From Rhodobacterales bacterium (GTDB lineage Bacteria > Pseudomonadota > Alphaproteobacteria > Rhodobacterales > Rhodobacteraceae), in contig JAUNVT010000001.1 of NCBI GenBank assembly GCA_030540655.1, positions 1,815-65,814 on the forward strand: 64,000 bases of DNA, read 5' to 3'. How positions within the stretch are numbered: position 1 is the first letter of the stretch; every line of letters starts with the position of its first letter. Under the pieces are notes generated by a model. It was given only the letters and a program-made list of their open reading frames with translations, was not told the DNA's origin and searched no databases. The position numbers and the translations under genes were made by a program. Positions 50,086 to 59,229 of the stretch are shown in pieces.

Positions 50086-51651
50086 TCAACCGGGTTCAAT
50101 CATGAAGCATGTTACCTGGCGCGACTGAAGCCTGCGGCAGGCCAGATCGGCGGTTTCGCGGGTGAGACCCATGAAATTGGCGTCAAACCCGTTGGCGCGC
50201 GAGACGACCTTGCGCAAGGATCCGTCCAGCGTGCTCATCTCGCTCAGCGCGGTTTGCAGCAGGACCTTCTGTGCCTTGTACTGGCTGGGATAGCGCCCGA
50301 CATTGATGCCCCAGTTTCGCCCACCTGATGTGGAAACGCGCGTCACGACCTCCTGCACCGGATCATCCGCAGGGACCTGCAGACTGGCCAGCGTCAGATC
50401 GCGCGGGCGGATCGCGGGTTTCACAGTCGCCGGAGCTGCGACCGGACGTGCAACAGGTGCAACATCGGTTTGCGCGGCAATGGCCACCTGAACAGCGAGC
50501 TCGGGCGCGGCCTCAACTACGGGTTCTGCGACCGGTTCGGCGATTGCCACAGCCTGAACGGGTGCTGGCTCAGGAGCGGCTGCAACCTGAACCTGCTGCG
50601 CCTCCATCAAAGCGCGCTGGATATCATCCTGCGAAGCGACCATGAGCGGCACATCGGCAACCGGGCGGGATCTCGGGCGGGGACTGGAGGTGACAGCGGC
50701 GGCGGTCGCCACGCGAACTGTCGTTCCTGCGACGCCCTGACTTTCGCTGTCGCCAGCGGTGCGAATCACTTGGCTGTTGCCGCTACCCATGTAGCGCGGT
50801 TTGGACGGGCGATTGACAGCGACGCGTGTAGGCGCCTGTTTGAAGCCCAGATCCAGCAGGGCCGCCACGCGCGCGTTGCGGGTCGCTGTCGATTGGCCGC
50901 CAAATACCGTGGCGATGATCCTCTCTCCGCCGCGTTCTGCACTGGCCGTCAGGTTGAACCCGGCCGCGCGGGTATAGCCCGTCTTGATCCCATCAGCACC
51001 TGCGTAGTCGCGCAGCAGCTTGCGGTTTGTATGACTGACCTTGCCAACGCCCGCATCAGCGGTAATTCGTGAGAAAAGATTGTAATAGCCGGGGTAGTCG
51101 TAGAACAGGTGCCGTCCCAGGATTGTCATGTCATGTGCGGTGGACAGATGACCTTCTGCCGTCAGGCCGTGAGCGTTACGAAAGGTTGTTCGCGACATGC
51201 CCAGCGCCTGTGCCGTGCGATTCATCCGTTGGGCAAAGGCAGCCTCACTGCCCTCGATCGCCTCACCGATGGCGGTGGCGGCGTCATTGGCCGATTTGAC
51301 CGCAGCAGCGCGGATAAGGTAACGCAGCTTGATCCGCTGCCCGGGTTTCAGCCCCAACTTGCTGGGTTGTTCGTTCGCGGCATGCCGGGTGATGATCACG
51401 TTATCATCAAGCCCGATCTCGCCATGCTCTATCGCCTCGAATGCGATATAGAGCGTCATCATTTTTGTCAGGGACGCCGGATGTAGGCGCGCATCCGCAT
51501 TTTCAGAGTGAAGCACCTTACCAGACCTGGCATCGATGACATAGGCCGCGTAGGGCGCCGCCAGCGCACTGAGCGGGACGATGACAAACATCCAGATTGT
51601 GGCAAACGCCCACAGACCCAGCCTGATTGACTGCCTGTTCCTGTTTTTCAT
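50086..51651 (-). CDS. D-alanyl-D-alanine carboxypeptidase (S11 family) with a C-terminal SPOR-like domain
   Basis: SLTKMMT (SxxK), KSANDAA (SxN) and KTGYT (KTG) are present, with an Ala/Pro/Val-rich linker and a C-terminal WGINVGRYPSQYKAQKVL. Confidence 0.88.
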   Translation of the reverse strand: MKNRNRQSIRLGLWAFATIWMFVIVPLSALAAPYAAYVIDARSGKVLHSENADARLHPASLTKMMTLYIAFEAIEHGEIGLDDNVIITRHAANEQPSKLGLKPGQRIKLRYLIRAAAVKSANDAATAIGEAIEGSEAAFAQRMNRTAQALGMSRTTFRNAHGLTAEGHLSTAHDMTILGRHLFYDYPGYYNLFSRITADAGVGKVSHTNRKLLRDYAGADGIKTGYTRAAGFNLTASAERGGERIIATVFGGQSTATRNARVAALLDLGFKQAPTRVAVNRPSKPRYMGSGNSQVIRTAGDSESQGVAGTTVRVATAAAVTSSPRPRSRPVADVPLMVASQDDIQRALMEAQQVQVAAAPEPAPVQAVAIAEPVAEPVVEAAPELAVQVAIAAQTDVAPVARPVAAPATVKPAIRPRDLTLASLQVPADDPVQEVVTRVSTSGGRNWGINVGRYPSQYKAQKVLLQTALSEMSTLDGSLRKVVSRANGFDANFMGLTRETADLACRRLQSRQVTCFMIEPG

Positions 51652-51750
51652 GGAACTACTCTTTTTTTTACTGCCTCGCGCCGCCGAATTATTCCGACTG
51701 GCTTTTTTTATACTCTTAACGTATCACATTATCAGTGCCGAATAAAGCGT

Positions 51751-51763
51751 TCAATACAATTGA
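51751..51763. repeat. 13-bp perfect palindrome TCAAT-ACA-ATTGA in the AT-rich region upstream of the DD-carboxypeptidase gene
   Basis: Direct reading, about 100 bp upstream of the ATG at 51651. Confidence 0.85.
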
Positions 51764-51860
51764 GTTTATGTTTGTTTGCTTGAGGTAACCCTATGATTCC
51801 GGGTGGAGGCATCCTGCTCGCCACATCTTTAAGTTGTCCTATGAAAGCTGATTCCCTCGG

Positions 51861-52436
51861 TCAGTTCCGCCCCAACGCTGCCACTTCCGCATGACGCGGA
51901 CAACAGGTCAAGTGATCATTGACCATGCCGCATGCTTCCATGAATGCGTAAACAATGGTGGGGCCGCAAAATTTGAAACCGCGTCTTTTCAGATCATTGG
52001 AAATTTGAGCCGAAAGATCGGACTGTGTCGGCACTTCCGACTGTCGGGTCCACGCATTTTGTACCGGCGTTCCCCCCACATAATTCCACAGATAGGTATC
52101 AAATCCGCCCGTGGCGTCGAGCTTTTGCCACGCGATCGCGTTGGTGATGGTTGCCTCGATCTTGCCCCGATGGCGGATAATGCCGCTGTCTGCCAGCAAA
52201 CGGGCCACCTCAGCTTCGCCCCAATCTGCGATGACGTTGGGATCAAATCCTCTGAATGCATCGCGAAAATTATCACGCTTTTTCAAGATTGTGATCCAGC
52301 TCAGTCCCGCCTGAAAGCCGTCGAGGACCAGCTTCTCCCACAGCGCCCTGCTGTCCCATTCGGGAACGCCCCATTCAGTGTCATGATATTGGATGTAGAT
52401 ATCCTCTGGACCGGCCCAGTCGCATCGCCTGCACAT
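51861..52436 (-). CDS. tag: DNA-3-methyladenine glycosylase I
   Basis: RCDWAGPEDIYIQYHDTEWGVP and the C-terminal cysteine/histidine zinc site. Confidence 0.92.
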   Translation of the reverse strand: MCRRCDWAGPEDIYIQYHDTEWGVPEWDSRALWEKLVLDGFQAGLSWITILKKRDNFRDAFRGFDPNVIADWGEAEVARLLADSGIIRHRGKIEATITNAIAWQKLDATGGFDTYLWNYVGGTPVQNAWTRQSEVPTQSDLSAQISNDLKRRGFKFCGPTIVYAFMEACGMVNDHLTCCPRHAEVAALGRN

Positions 52437-52592
52437 CTTACATGCTCCGTTGTCTTTGCCTGCACAACTATACGCTGCGCGGGATGTCGCGCAAAGGCGC
52501 CCGCGGTGACAGGGGCGCCACGCGGTCGGATTAATACAGTACCATCAGAAACATGCCGCGAACCGAAGCGCAGGCGATGCTGACAAAGCGCG

Positions 52593-52624
52593 CCGCGTTG
52601 CACCGTTCCTGTTGCCGCGTTGCA
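52593..52624 (+). promoter_or_regulatory. Direct repeat CCGCGTTGCA (twice, 22-bp period) upstream of phaA, with a third GTTGCA at 52659..52664
   Basis: Direct reading. Its function is unknown, and it is a candidate operator. Confidence 0.3.
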
Positions 52625-52721
52625 GCGCATGCGATATGCAATCTGGTAATGGGCGAAAGTTGCACCTGCCCGGGGGACGGCGCGCTTCTGCGTCCGAACA
52701 CATCCAGTCGGAGGAATTTCC

Positions 52722-53897
52722 ATGACCAATGTCGTTATCGCATCTGCCGCGCGCACTGCCGTCGGTTCGTTCGGGGGCGCGTTTGCGAATACCCCGGCCC
52801 ATGATCTGGGCGCTGCTGTTCTCGAGGCGGTTGTTTCCCGCGCGGGCATCGACAAATCCGAAGTGTCCGAAACAATCCTCGGTCAAGTCCTGACAGCAGC
52901 GCAAGGCCAGAACCCGGCGCGCCAGGCGCATATCAAGGCGGGGTTGCCGCAGGAAAGCGCAGCCTGGAGCCTCAACCAGGTGTGCGGTTCCGGCCTGCGC
53001 GCCGTCGCGCTGGGTGCGCAGCACATTCAACTGGGCGATGCGTCGATTATCTGCGCCGGCGGACAGGAAAACATGACGCTCAGCCCTCATGCTGCGAATT
53101 TGCGTGCCGGGCAGAAGATGGGCGATCTTGCGATGGTCGATACAATGATCCGCGATGGTCTGTGGGATGCCTTCAACGGCTATCACATGGGCCAGACCGC
53201 CGAAAACGTCGCCGAGCAGTGGCAGATCAGCCGCGAGAAGCAGGATGAATTCGCCCTTGCCAGCCAGAACAAGGCCGAGGAAGCGCAAAAGGCCGGGCGT
53301 TTCGACGAGGAGATCATCCCGTTCAGCGTAAAGACGCGCAAAGGCGCGACGGTCGTCGACAAGGACGAATATATCCGCCACGGCGCGGTGATCGAGGCGA
53401 TGCAGAAAATGCGTCCCGCCTTCACCAAGGATGGCAGCGTGACCGCAGCCAATGCCAGCGGCATCAATGATGGTGCTGCCGCAACGCTTTTGATGAGCGC
53501 GGAGGAAGCCGAGAAGCGCGGCATCGAGCCTCTGGCCCGTATCGCCAGCTATGCGACCGCGGGAATCGACCCCTCCATCATGGGCGTGGGACCGATCTAT
53601 GCCAGCCGCAAGGCGCTGGAGAAGGCGGGCTGGACTGTTGACGATCTGGATCTGGTTGAGGCGAATGAGGCATTTGCCGCGCAGGCCTGCGCCGTGAACA
53701 AGGAAATGGGCTGGGACCCGTCCATCGTCAACGTGAATGGCGGCGCCATTGCGATCGGCCACCCCATCGGTGCTTCGGGCTGCCGCGTTCTGAACACGTT
53801 GCTGTTTGAAATGAAGCGTCGCGACGCCAAGAAGGGTCTTGCGACCCTGTGCATCGGTGGCGGTATGGGCGTTGCCCTTTGCGTCGAACGCCCGTAA
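52722..53897 (+). CDS. phaA: Acetyl-CoA C-acetyltransferase (beta-ketothiolase)
   Basis: [10 protein letters not shown] (active-site Cys), [17 protein letters not shown] and CIGGGMGVA. Confidence 0.95.
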   Translation: MTNVVIASAARTAVGSFGGAFANTPAHDLGAAVLEAVVSRAGIDKSEVSETILGQVLTAAQGQNPARQAHIKAGLPQESAAWSLNQVCGSGLRAVALGAQHIQLGDASIICAGGQENMTLSPHAANLRAGQKMGDLAMVDTMIRDGLWDAFNGYHMGQTAENVAEQWQISREKQDEFALASQNKAEEAQKAGRFDEEIIPFSVKTRKGATVVDKDEYIRHGAVIEAMQKMRPAFTKDGSVTAANASGINDGAAATLLMSAEEAEKRGIEPLARIASYATAGIDPSIMGVGPIYASRKALEKAGWTVDDLDLVEANEAFAAQACAVNKEMGWDPSIVNVNGGAIAIGHPIGASGCRVLNTLLFEMKRRDAKKGLATLCIGGGMGVALCVERP

Positions 53898-53925
53898 GGC
53901 GCGCGCTCTGCTGCGTGACCGGGCG

Positions 53926-53947
53926 AGGCGCTCTTCGGAGCGCCTTT
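53926..53947 (+). terminator. Hairpin AGGCGCTC-TTCG-GAGCGCCT between phaA and phaB (weak terminator or attenuator)
   Basis: A perfect 8-bp stem with a TTCG loop, followed by only two T residues. Confidence 0.4.
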
Positions 53948-54104
53948 GCATGTCTGGGAACGCGGCTATCGCACAGGGTGATCGGCAATATTTTACCGTG
54001 GGGCGCAGAAATTGCGCACGTAATATTATTGCGCGTTGACACTTCCGGGGCCAACAGACTTACTGCTGTCCGAGATCAGAAAAGCAACACGAGGGATTTT
54101 TAAC

Positions 54105-54827
54105 ATGGCTAGAACGGCACTTGTCACAGGGGGATCGCGCGGCATCGGCGCGGCCATTTCAAAGCGGCTGAAAGAAGACGGATACAATGTCGCCGCAACT
54201 TACGCAGGCAATGACGAGGCAGCAAAGGCCTTTACTGAAGAGACCGGCATCAAGACCTATAAGTGGAATGTCGCTGACTATGACGAAAGCACGGCAGGCA
54301 TTGCCCGCGTCGAGGAAGAGCTGGGGCCAATTGAGGTTGTGGTCGCCAACGCCGGCATTACCCGCGACGTGCCGTTTCACAAGATGACGCCCGAGCAGTG
54401 GCATGAGGTGATCGACACAAACCTGACCGGCGTTTTCAATACGGTCCGCCCAATCTGGCCCGGAATGCGCGAACGCAAGTTCGGCCGCGTCATCGTCATC
54501 AGCTCGATCAACGGGCAGAAGGGTCAGTTTGCACAGGTGAACTATGCCGCGACCAAGGCGGGCGATCTGGGTATCGTGAAGAGCCTCGCACAGGAAGGCG
54601 CCCGTGCAGGCATTACCGCCAATGCGATTTGTCCCGGATATATCGCGACCGAAATGGTGATGGCGGTACCAGAAAAGGTACGCGAGTCGATCATCGCGCA
54701 GATCCCGGCAGGTCGCCTGGGTGAGCCGGAAGAAATTGCACGCTGCGTATCGTTTCTGGCTTCGGACGACGCAGGGTTCGTCAACGGATCGACCATTTCT
54801 GCCAACGGCGCGCAGTTCTTCGTCTGA
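54105..54827 (+). CDS. phaB: Acetoacetyl-CoA reductase
   Basis: ALVTGGSRGIG, NAGITRD and the YAATKAG catalytic region. The start was trimmed to MARTALVTGG. Confidence 0.93.
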   Translation: MARTALVTGGSRGIGAAISKRLKEDGYNVAATYAGNDEAAKAFTEETGIKTYKWNVADYDESTAGIARVEEELGPIEVVVANAGITRDVPFHKMTPEQWHEVIDTNLTGVFNTVRPIWPGMRERKFGRVIVISSINGQKGQFAQVNYAATKAGDLGIVKSLAQEGARAGITANAICPGYIATEMVMAVPEKVRESIIAQIPAGRLGEPEEIARCVSFLASDDAGFVNGSTISANGAQFFV

Positions 54828-54842
54828 TCTGCCGTCTCCATC

Positions 54843-54872
54843 AAAAAAAGGCCGACGCATATCGCGTCGGCC
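54843..54872 (-). terminator. Intrinsic terminator for the DUF465 gene (also ends phaB transcription from the other side)
   Basis: GGCCGACGC-ATATC-GCGTCGGCC is a perfect 9-bp stem. On the minus strand it is followed by T7. Confidence 0.75.
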
Positions 54873-54897
54873 TTGCGCATTGTCCAACTGACTATGT

Positions 54898-55065
54898 TCA
54901 GTTTGCTGACAGGCGCTCAATCTCTTCCTTCAGACGTAATTTCTGCTTTTTCATTTCAGCCACATCAAGGGTGCTGATGCCCGGCGCGCGCTGCGCCTGA
55001 TCCACTTTGGTCGAAAGGTCCTGATGTTTCTTCTTCAGTTCCTCAATGTGCGAAGCGAGACTCAT
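54898..55065 (-). CDS. DUF465 (YdcH-like) small coiled-coil protein
   Basis: MSLASHIEELKKKHQDLSTKVDQAQRAPGISTLDVAEMKKQKLRLKEEIERL. Confidence 0.75.
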   Translation of the reverse strand: MSLASHIEELKKKHQDLSTKVDQAQRAPGISTLDVAEMKKQKLRLKEEIERLSAN

Positions 55066-55193
55066 ATAGGCACTCCTTTTTCCATGTGTACGAAAGGGTA
55101 ACATGGATAGTGCATCACATTATTGCCAGTCTGTCACGCGGCAGGCGCAGCATGACGGCGGAATAATGCAAAGACCGGCCGCGATCACGCCCT

Positions 55194-55415
55194 TCATGGG
55201 CCCTCATGCACGTCGATACCGTTATCGCGCAAGGCACGGGCTGCATCGGCGTAATCATTCTGACGCACCATCAGGCGGCGCGGAAATATGCCGATCCCGC
55301 CTTCAAGGATGCTCATATTTACGTCCATTTCAAAGCAGGCTATACCCTCGCCCTGAAGCAGGGCCTGAGCAAACGCCATTGTTGCCATATCGGTGGTGCG
55401 CAATAACTGTTTCAT
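55194..55415 (-). CDS. DUF2007 family small protein
   Basis: The 73-aa product has the MKQLLRTTDMATMAFAQALLQGEGIACFEMD pattern. Confidence 0.7.
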   Translation of the reverse strand: MKQLLRTTDMATMAFAQALLQGEGIACFEMDVNMSILEGGIGIFPRRLMVRQNDYADAARALRDNGIDVHEGP

Positions 55416-55477
55416 CGTGTTGATCTAGACGCGCGTGGCGACCTTGTCGAGATGCGCGGGATGTTTACGGGGTAGAT

Positions 55478-56473
55478 GTGGACCAGATGCTGAGCAAACC
55501 GCACGACAGGCTGGCGGCCCGTTTCGAAGCCAAGATGACGGCTGTAGATATGTTGATCCGCACACGGATGGAATCGCGCCACGCGCCGCGTATTCCTCAA
55601 GTGACGGCGCATCTGGTCGGGGCAGGGGGCAAACGTTTGCGCCCCATGCTGACGCTCGCTGCGGCCGACCTTTGCGGTTACTCCGGCGACAATGACGAGA
55701 AGCTGGCGGCGACGGTGGAATTTATTCATACCGCAACGCTGCTGCACGATGATGTCGTGGATGAAAGCAGTCAGAGGCGTGGCAGGGCGACCGCCAATCT
55801 TTTGTGGGATAATAAATCCAGTATCCTGGTCGGAGATTATCTTTTTGCGCGGTCCTTTCAGTTGATGGTTGAAACCGGCAGCTTGCGTGTTCTGGATATC
55901 CTTGCAAACGCGTCAGCGACGATCGCCGAGGGGGAGGTCCTGCAACTGACCGCCGCGCGCGATCTTGCGACGACCGAGGAGATTTACCTGCAAGTGGTGC
56001 GCGGCAAGACGGCGGCGCTGTTTTCGGCCGCGACCGAGGTCGGGGGTGTGATTGCCGGGGCGCCAGATACGCAGGCGCGCGCGTTATATGAATATGGTGA
56101 TGCTTTGGGTATTGCGTTTCAGATTGCCGATGATCTTTTGGATTTTCAGGGCGACAGTGACGCGACCGGTAAAAACATCGGCGACGATTTCCGCGAGCGC
56201 AAGCTGACGCTGCCCATCATCAAGGCCGTGGCGCAGGCGGACGCAACAGAGCGTGAATTCTGGCGCCGCACGATTGAAAAGGGCGATCAGCAGGATGGCG
56301 ATCTGGAACATGCCATGGCTGTGATGGAGCGTCACGGCGCTCTGAACGCCGCCCGCGCGGATGCGTTCGACTGGGCCAACCGGGCCACTGACAGCCTGGA
56401 GCACCTGCCCAGGCACCCTGTGCGTGATCTGCTGAGCGAACTGGCAGATTACGTCGTGTCGCGCATCGCGTGA
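55478..56473 (+). CDS. ispB: Long-chain polyprenyl diphosphate synthase
   Basis: LLHDDVVDES and FQIADDLLDF aspartate-rich motifs. The start is the GTG at 55478 or the ATG at 55487. Confidence 0.92.
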   Translation: MDQMLSKPHDRLAARFEAKMTAVDMLIRTRMESRHAPRIPQVTAHLVGAGGKRLRPMLTLAAADLCGYSGDNDEKLAATVEFIHTATLLHDDVVDESSQRRGRATANLLWDNKSSILVGDYLFARSFQLMVETGSLRVLDILANASATIAEGEVLQLTAARDLATTEEIYLQVVRGKTAALFSAATEVGGVIAGAPDTQARALYEYGDALGIAFQIADDLLDFQGDSDATGKNIGDDFRERKLTLPIIKAVAQADATEREFWRRTIEKGDQQDGDLEHAMAVMERHGALNAARADAFDWANRATDSLEHLPRHPVRDLLSELADYVVSRIA

Positions 56474-56513
56474 TCAGGTGAGGTGTCCGCTGCGGCAACG
56501 CTTCATAACGCTC

Positions 56514-57404
56514 TTAATCAGCTTTTTGAGCCGCGTTCAGGCGCGTCGCGGCTACCCACCAGCTTGAATGACTTTCCCGCAGTCGTCCTGCTGCACTGGC
56601 AGCCGTTTCCGCATCCGCATACAGCCCGAAACAGGTGCCGCCCGACCCCGACATCCGCGTCAGCATGCAGCCCGGAGTTACCTCCAGCGTCGAAAACACC
56701 TGCTGGATCACCGGTTCGCAAGATATGGCGGCATCCTGAAGATCGTTCCGTTGGTCCCGGAGCCAGGCGATAAAGGGGCCAGCCGCCGTACCGGTGGGAA
56801 TGTCATCGGGCATGGGCGCGTTATCGCGCTTGGCCAGACGTTCAAAAACTTCGGTCGTCATTACCGGAATATTGGGGTTTACCAGCACGGCATGGAGTTC
56901 GGGCAGGTCGGGCATGGGCGTGACAATTTCGCCCACACCGCTCATCCGCGCGGCACCATGCGGGGCGGCGCAGCAGACGGGAGCGTCGGCACCAAGGCTC
57001 AGGATGTCGTCCGGAATGGGCTGACCGGTCAAAGCCGACAGGGCGCGCAGTGTTGCCGCCGCATCGCTGGATCCGCCACCAATTCCGGCGGCGATGGGAA
57101 GGGTTTTTACCAGCGAGATCTGAGCGCTGACGCCCATCATCCGGGCAGCCTGCAGCACAAGATTATCATCGCCCTTGGGAGTATTTTCCGCCATCGGACC
57201 CACCAGTTCAAGCGACGAGGCATCAGCCCGGCGGACGGTTACGCTGTCACCGATATCGGCAAACATCACCAGCGAATCAAGCTGGTGGTAACCATCGCTG
57301 CGCCTGCCGATCACATGCAGGGTCATGTTGATCTTGGCGGGCGCAAAGACCTCGGCGACGTCACTGTCGGTGCCTAGGTTCACTCTTTCATCCTTCATCA
57401 TCAA
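56514..57404 (-). CDS. ispE: 4-diphosphocytidyl-2-C-methyl-D-erythritol kinase
   Basis: APAKINMTLHV and the GHMP motif PIAAGIGGGSSDAAATL. Its start overlaps the upstream TPR gene. Confidence 0.92.
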   Translation of the reverse strand: MMMKDERVNLGTDSDVAEVFAPAKINMTLHVIGRRSDGYHQLDSLVMFADIGDSVTVRRADASSLELVGPMAENTPKGDDNLVLQAARMMGVSAQISLVKTLPIAAGIGGGSSDAAATLRALSALTGQPIPDDILSLGADAPVCCAAPHGAARMSGVGEIVTPMPDLPELHAVLVNPNIPVMTTEVFERLAKRDNAPMPDDIPTGTAAGPFIAWLRDQRNDLQDAAISCEPVIQQVFSTLEVTPGCMLTRMSGSGGTCFGLYADAETAASAAGRLRESHSSWWVAATRLNAAQKAD

Positions 57405-59103
57405 TCGCTTTCAAAGGCTCTGCGCCCTCATTCTCCAGAACCCGGTCCAGCCCCACATCCAGCTTCTTGCGTATGCGGTCGGGGTCGACATCGGGGTTCG
57501 GTTCATCCTTGTTCACCAAGGACAGCGCACGGCTCCACTGGAAACGCGCTTCGGTCTTGCGGCCCACTGCCCACATCGCATCTCCCAGGTGATCGTTCAC
57601 CACGGGATCCATCGCATAAAGCTCGGCCGCACGCTCCAGATTGACGACCGCCTCGTCGTATTGTCCAAGGCGGTATTGTGCCCATCCCAGACTGTCGACG
57701 ATCGCGCCGTTTTCCGGCTCGGCCTTGACGGCACGTTCGATCATGCCCAGCGCCTCGTCCAGCTTCATTTTCTTTTCGACCAGCGAATAACCAAGGTAGT
57801 TCAATACCATTGGCTGGCCCGGATTAAGTTCCAGTGCCCGGCGGAAATCAGCCTCCGCCTTCGTCCAGTTTCCCAGCCGTTCGTAGCTGATGGCGCGGGA
57901 ATATACAACAAACCACGGAGCATCTCCCTGCGCCTTATAAAGTGTGATCGCGGCATCATACGCCTCGATGGCCTTGGCAAACTCATTGTCCTGACGGTAA
58001 AGATCAGCCGCAGAGGCCTGAACCAGCGCCACATTCGGATGACTTTTGCGCAGGCTGGCAATCACATCTATGGCGCCTTCCAGATCACCGGATCTGCGCA
58101 GGGCTTCGGCGCGGCTCAGCTCGGCTGTGTAGAAAGAGGGCGATGATCGAGGCACGCGCTCGAACGCTTCGGTCGCCAGTTCCGTACGACCGAGCTGAGC
58201 CAGCAATTCGCCCGTCATGATGATCGCATCGACATCTTCGGGATCCAGATATTCGGCTATTCTGGAATATAAAAGAACGTAGTCGGGGCTGGTATCCTGC
58301 AAAAGTGCCATGCCAAGAGACAGAAATACCTCGCCAATACCCTGACGCGGCGTCTCGATCCTGCCGAGGTCAAGCTGCTCTCCTTCAGACAGCCTTTTGC
58401 GCAGATCGGCGACCTGCGGGTCGGCATCGGTGCCGAACGTATCATCCAGAACCTTTATCGCATCCTCGTTGCGCTCAAGCTGGCTGAGCACTTCGGCCCA
58501 GGCGATCACGCTGCGGCGGGTGGTCTGCATTGGACCATCGACATCGCCGGAGTAAATTCTTTCCGCGCCCTCCAGATCTCCGACAGATGCCAGTGCCAAT
58601 GCCTTGTGATAGACCGCGAGGCTGTGTAGCCCTTTCTCTTCGGCGACGGTGTCGAATTTTTTCAATGCGGCAGCCATGTCGCCTGTGCCCAGTGTTGCCC
58701 AGGCACCGATCAACCCGTCTGCCAGAGGGCTGACCGCCTTTTCAGCGTCGATCATGGCGAGAACGGCTTCAAAATCGCCGTTGGCGACGGCATCCCCCAC
58801 CAGAACCATCTGTGCCGCCTGGCTGGGCGTATCGGAGTCGCGGATGCGCCTGGCAATGGGCAGGGCGCGATCAACCTCGCCTGTTCCCAGGAGCGCTATG
58901 ACGGCGCTTTCCAGCAGAACCTGGTTATCCGGGTCCGATTGCAGCGCAACCAAGGCATATTTTGCTGCCGCCGCAAAATCTCCATCGTATCGCGCGGCGC
59001 GGGTTGCCAGATATGGGCCCGAGGCATCATTTGCGCTCGCTGATACGGGCGCTGCCAGCATGGGGGCAACAAGTGCCAGAATTGTTATAAATCGGAATGT
59101 CAC
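57388..59103 (-). CDS. Secreted tetratricopeptide-repeat protein
   Basis: Signal peptide MTFRFITILALVAPMLAAPVSASA (no lipobox Cys) and many TPR-like A..Y..AL units. Confidence 0.8.
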   Translation of the reverse strand: MTFRFITILALVAPMLAAPVSASANDASGPYLATRAARYDGDFAAAAKYALVALQSDPDNQVLLESAVIALLGTGEVDRALPIARRIRDSDTPSQAAQMVLVGDAVANGDFEAVLAMIDAEKAVSPLADGLIGAWATLGTGDMAAALKKFDTVAEEKGLHSLAVYHKALALASVGDLEGAERIYSGDVDGPMQTTRRSVIAWAEVLSQLERNEDAIKVLDDTFGTDADPQVADLRKRLSEGEQLDLGRIETPRQGIGEVFLSLGMALLQDTSPDYVLLYSRIAEYLDPEDVDAIIMTGELLAQLGRTELATEAFERVPRSSPSFYTAELSRAEALRRSGDLEGAIDVIASLRKSHPNVALVQASAADLYRQDNEFAKAIEAYDAAITLYKAQGDAPWFVVYSRAISYERLGNWTKAEADFRRALELNPGQPMVLNYLGYSLVEKKMKLDEALGMIERAVKAEPENGAIVDSLGWAQYRLGQYDEAVVNLERAAELYAMDPVVNDHLGDAMWAVGRKTEARFQWSRALSLVNKDEPNPDVDPDRIRKKLDVGLDRVLENEGAEPLKAIDDEG

Positions 59104-59229
59104 GCGCGCTGCCCCTGCTTTTGCATGCTTCTTTGCAGGGCAACGTAATGTGCGCCCGGTCCGAGGGCAATGACGCCCCGTATAGGGAGCGCCGGGCGCC
59201 CGATGAATTTAGCGTGTAACGGGGGGCGG

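Noticed and set aside
51652-51860. CtrA-type TTAA-N7-TTAA boxes in the AT-rich region upstream of the DD-carboxypeptidase gene
   Set aside because: I found only a single TTAAC with no properly spaced second half-site, and the T-runs there are not preceded by hairpins.
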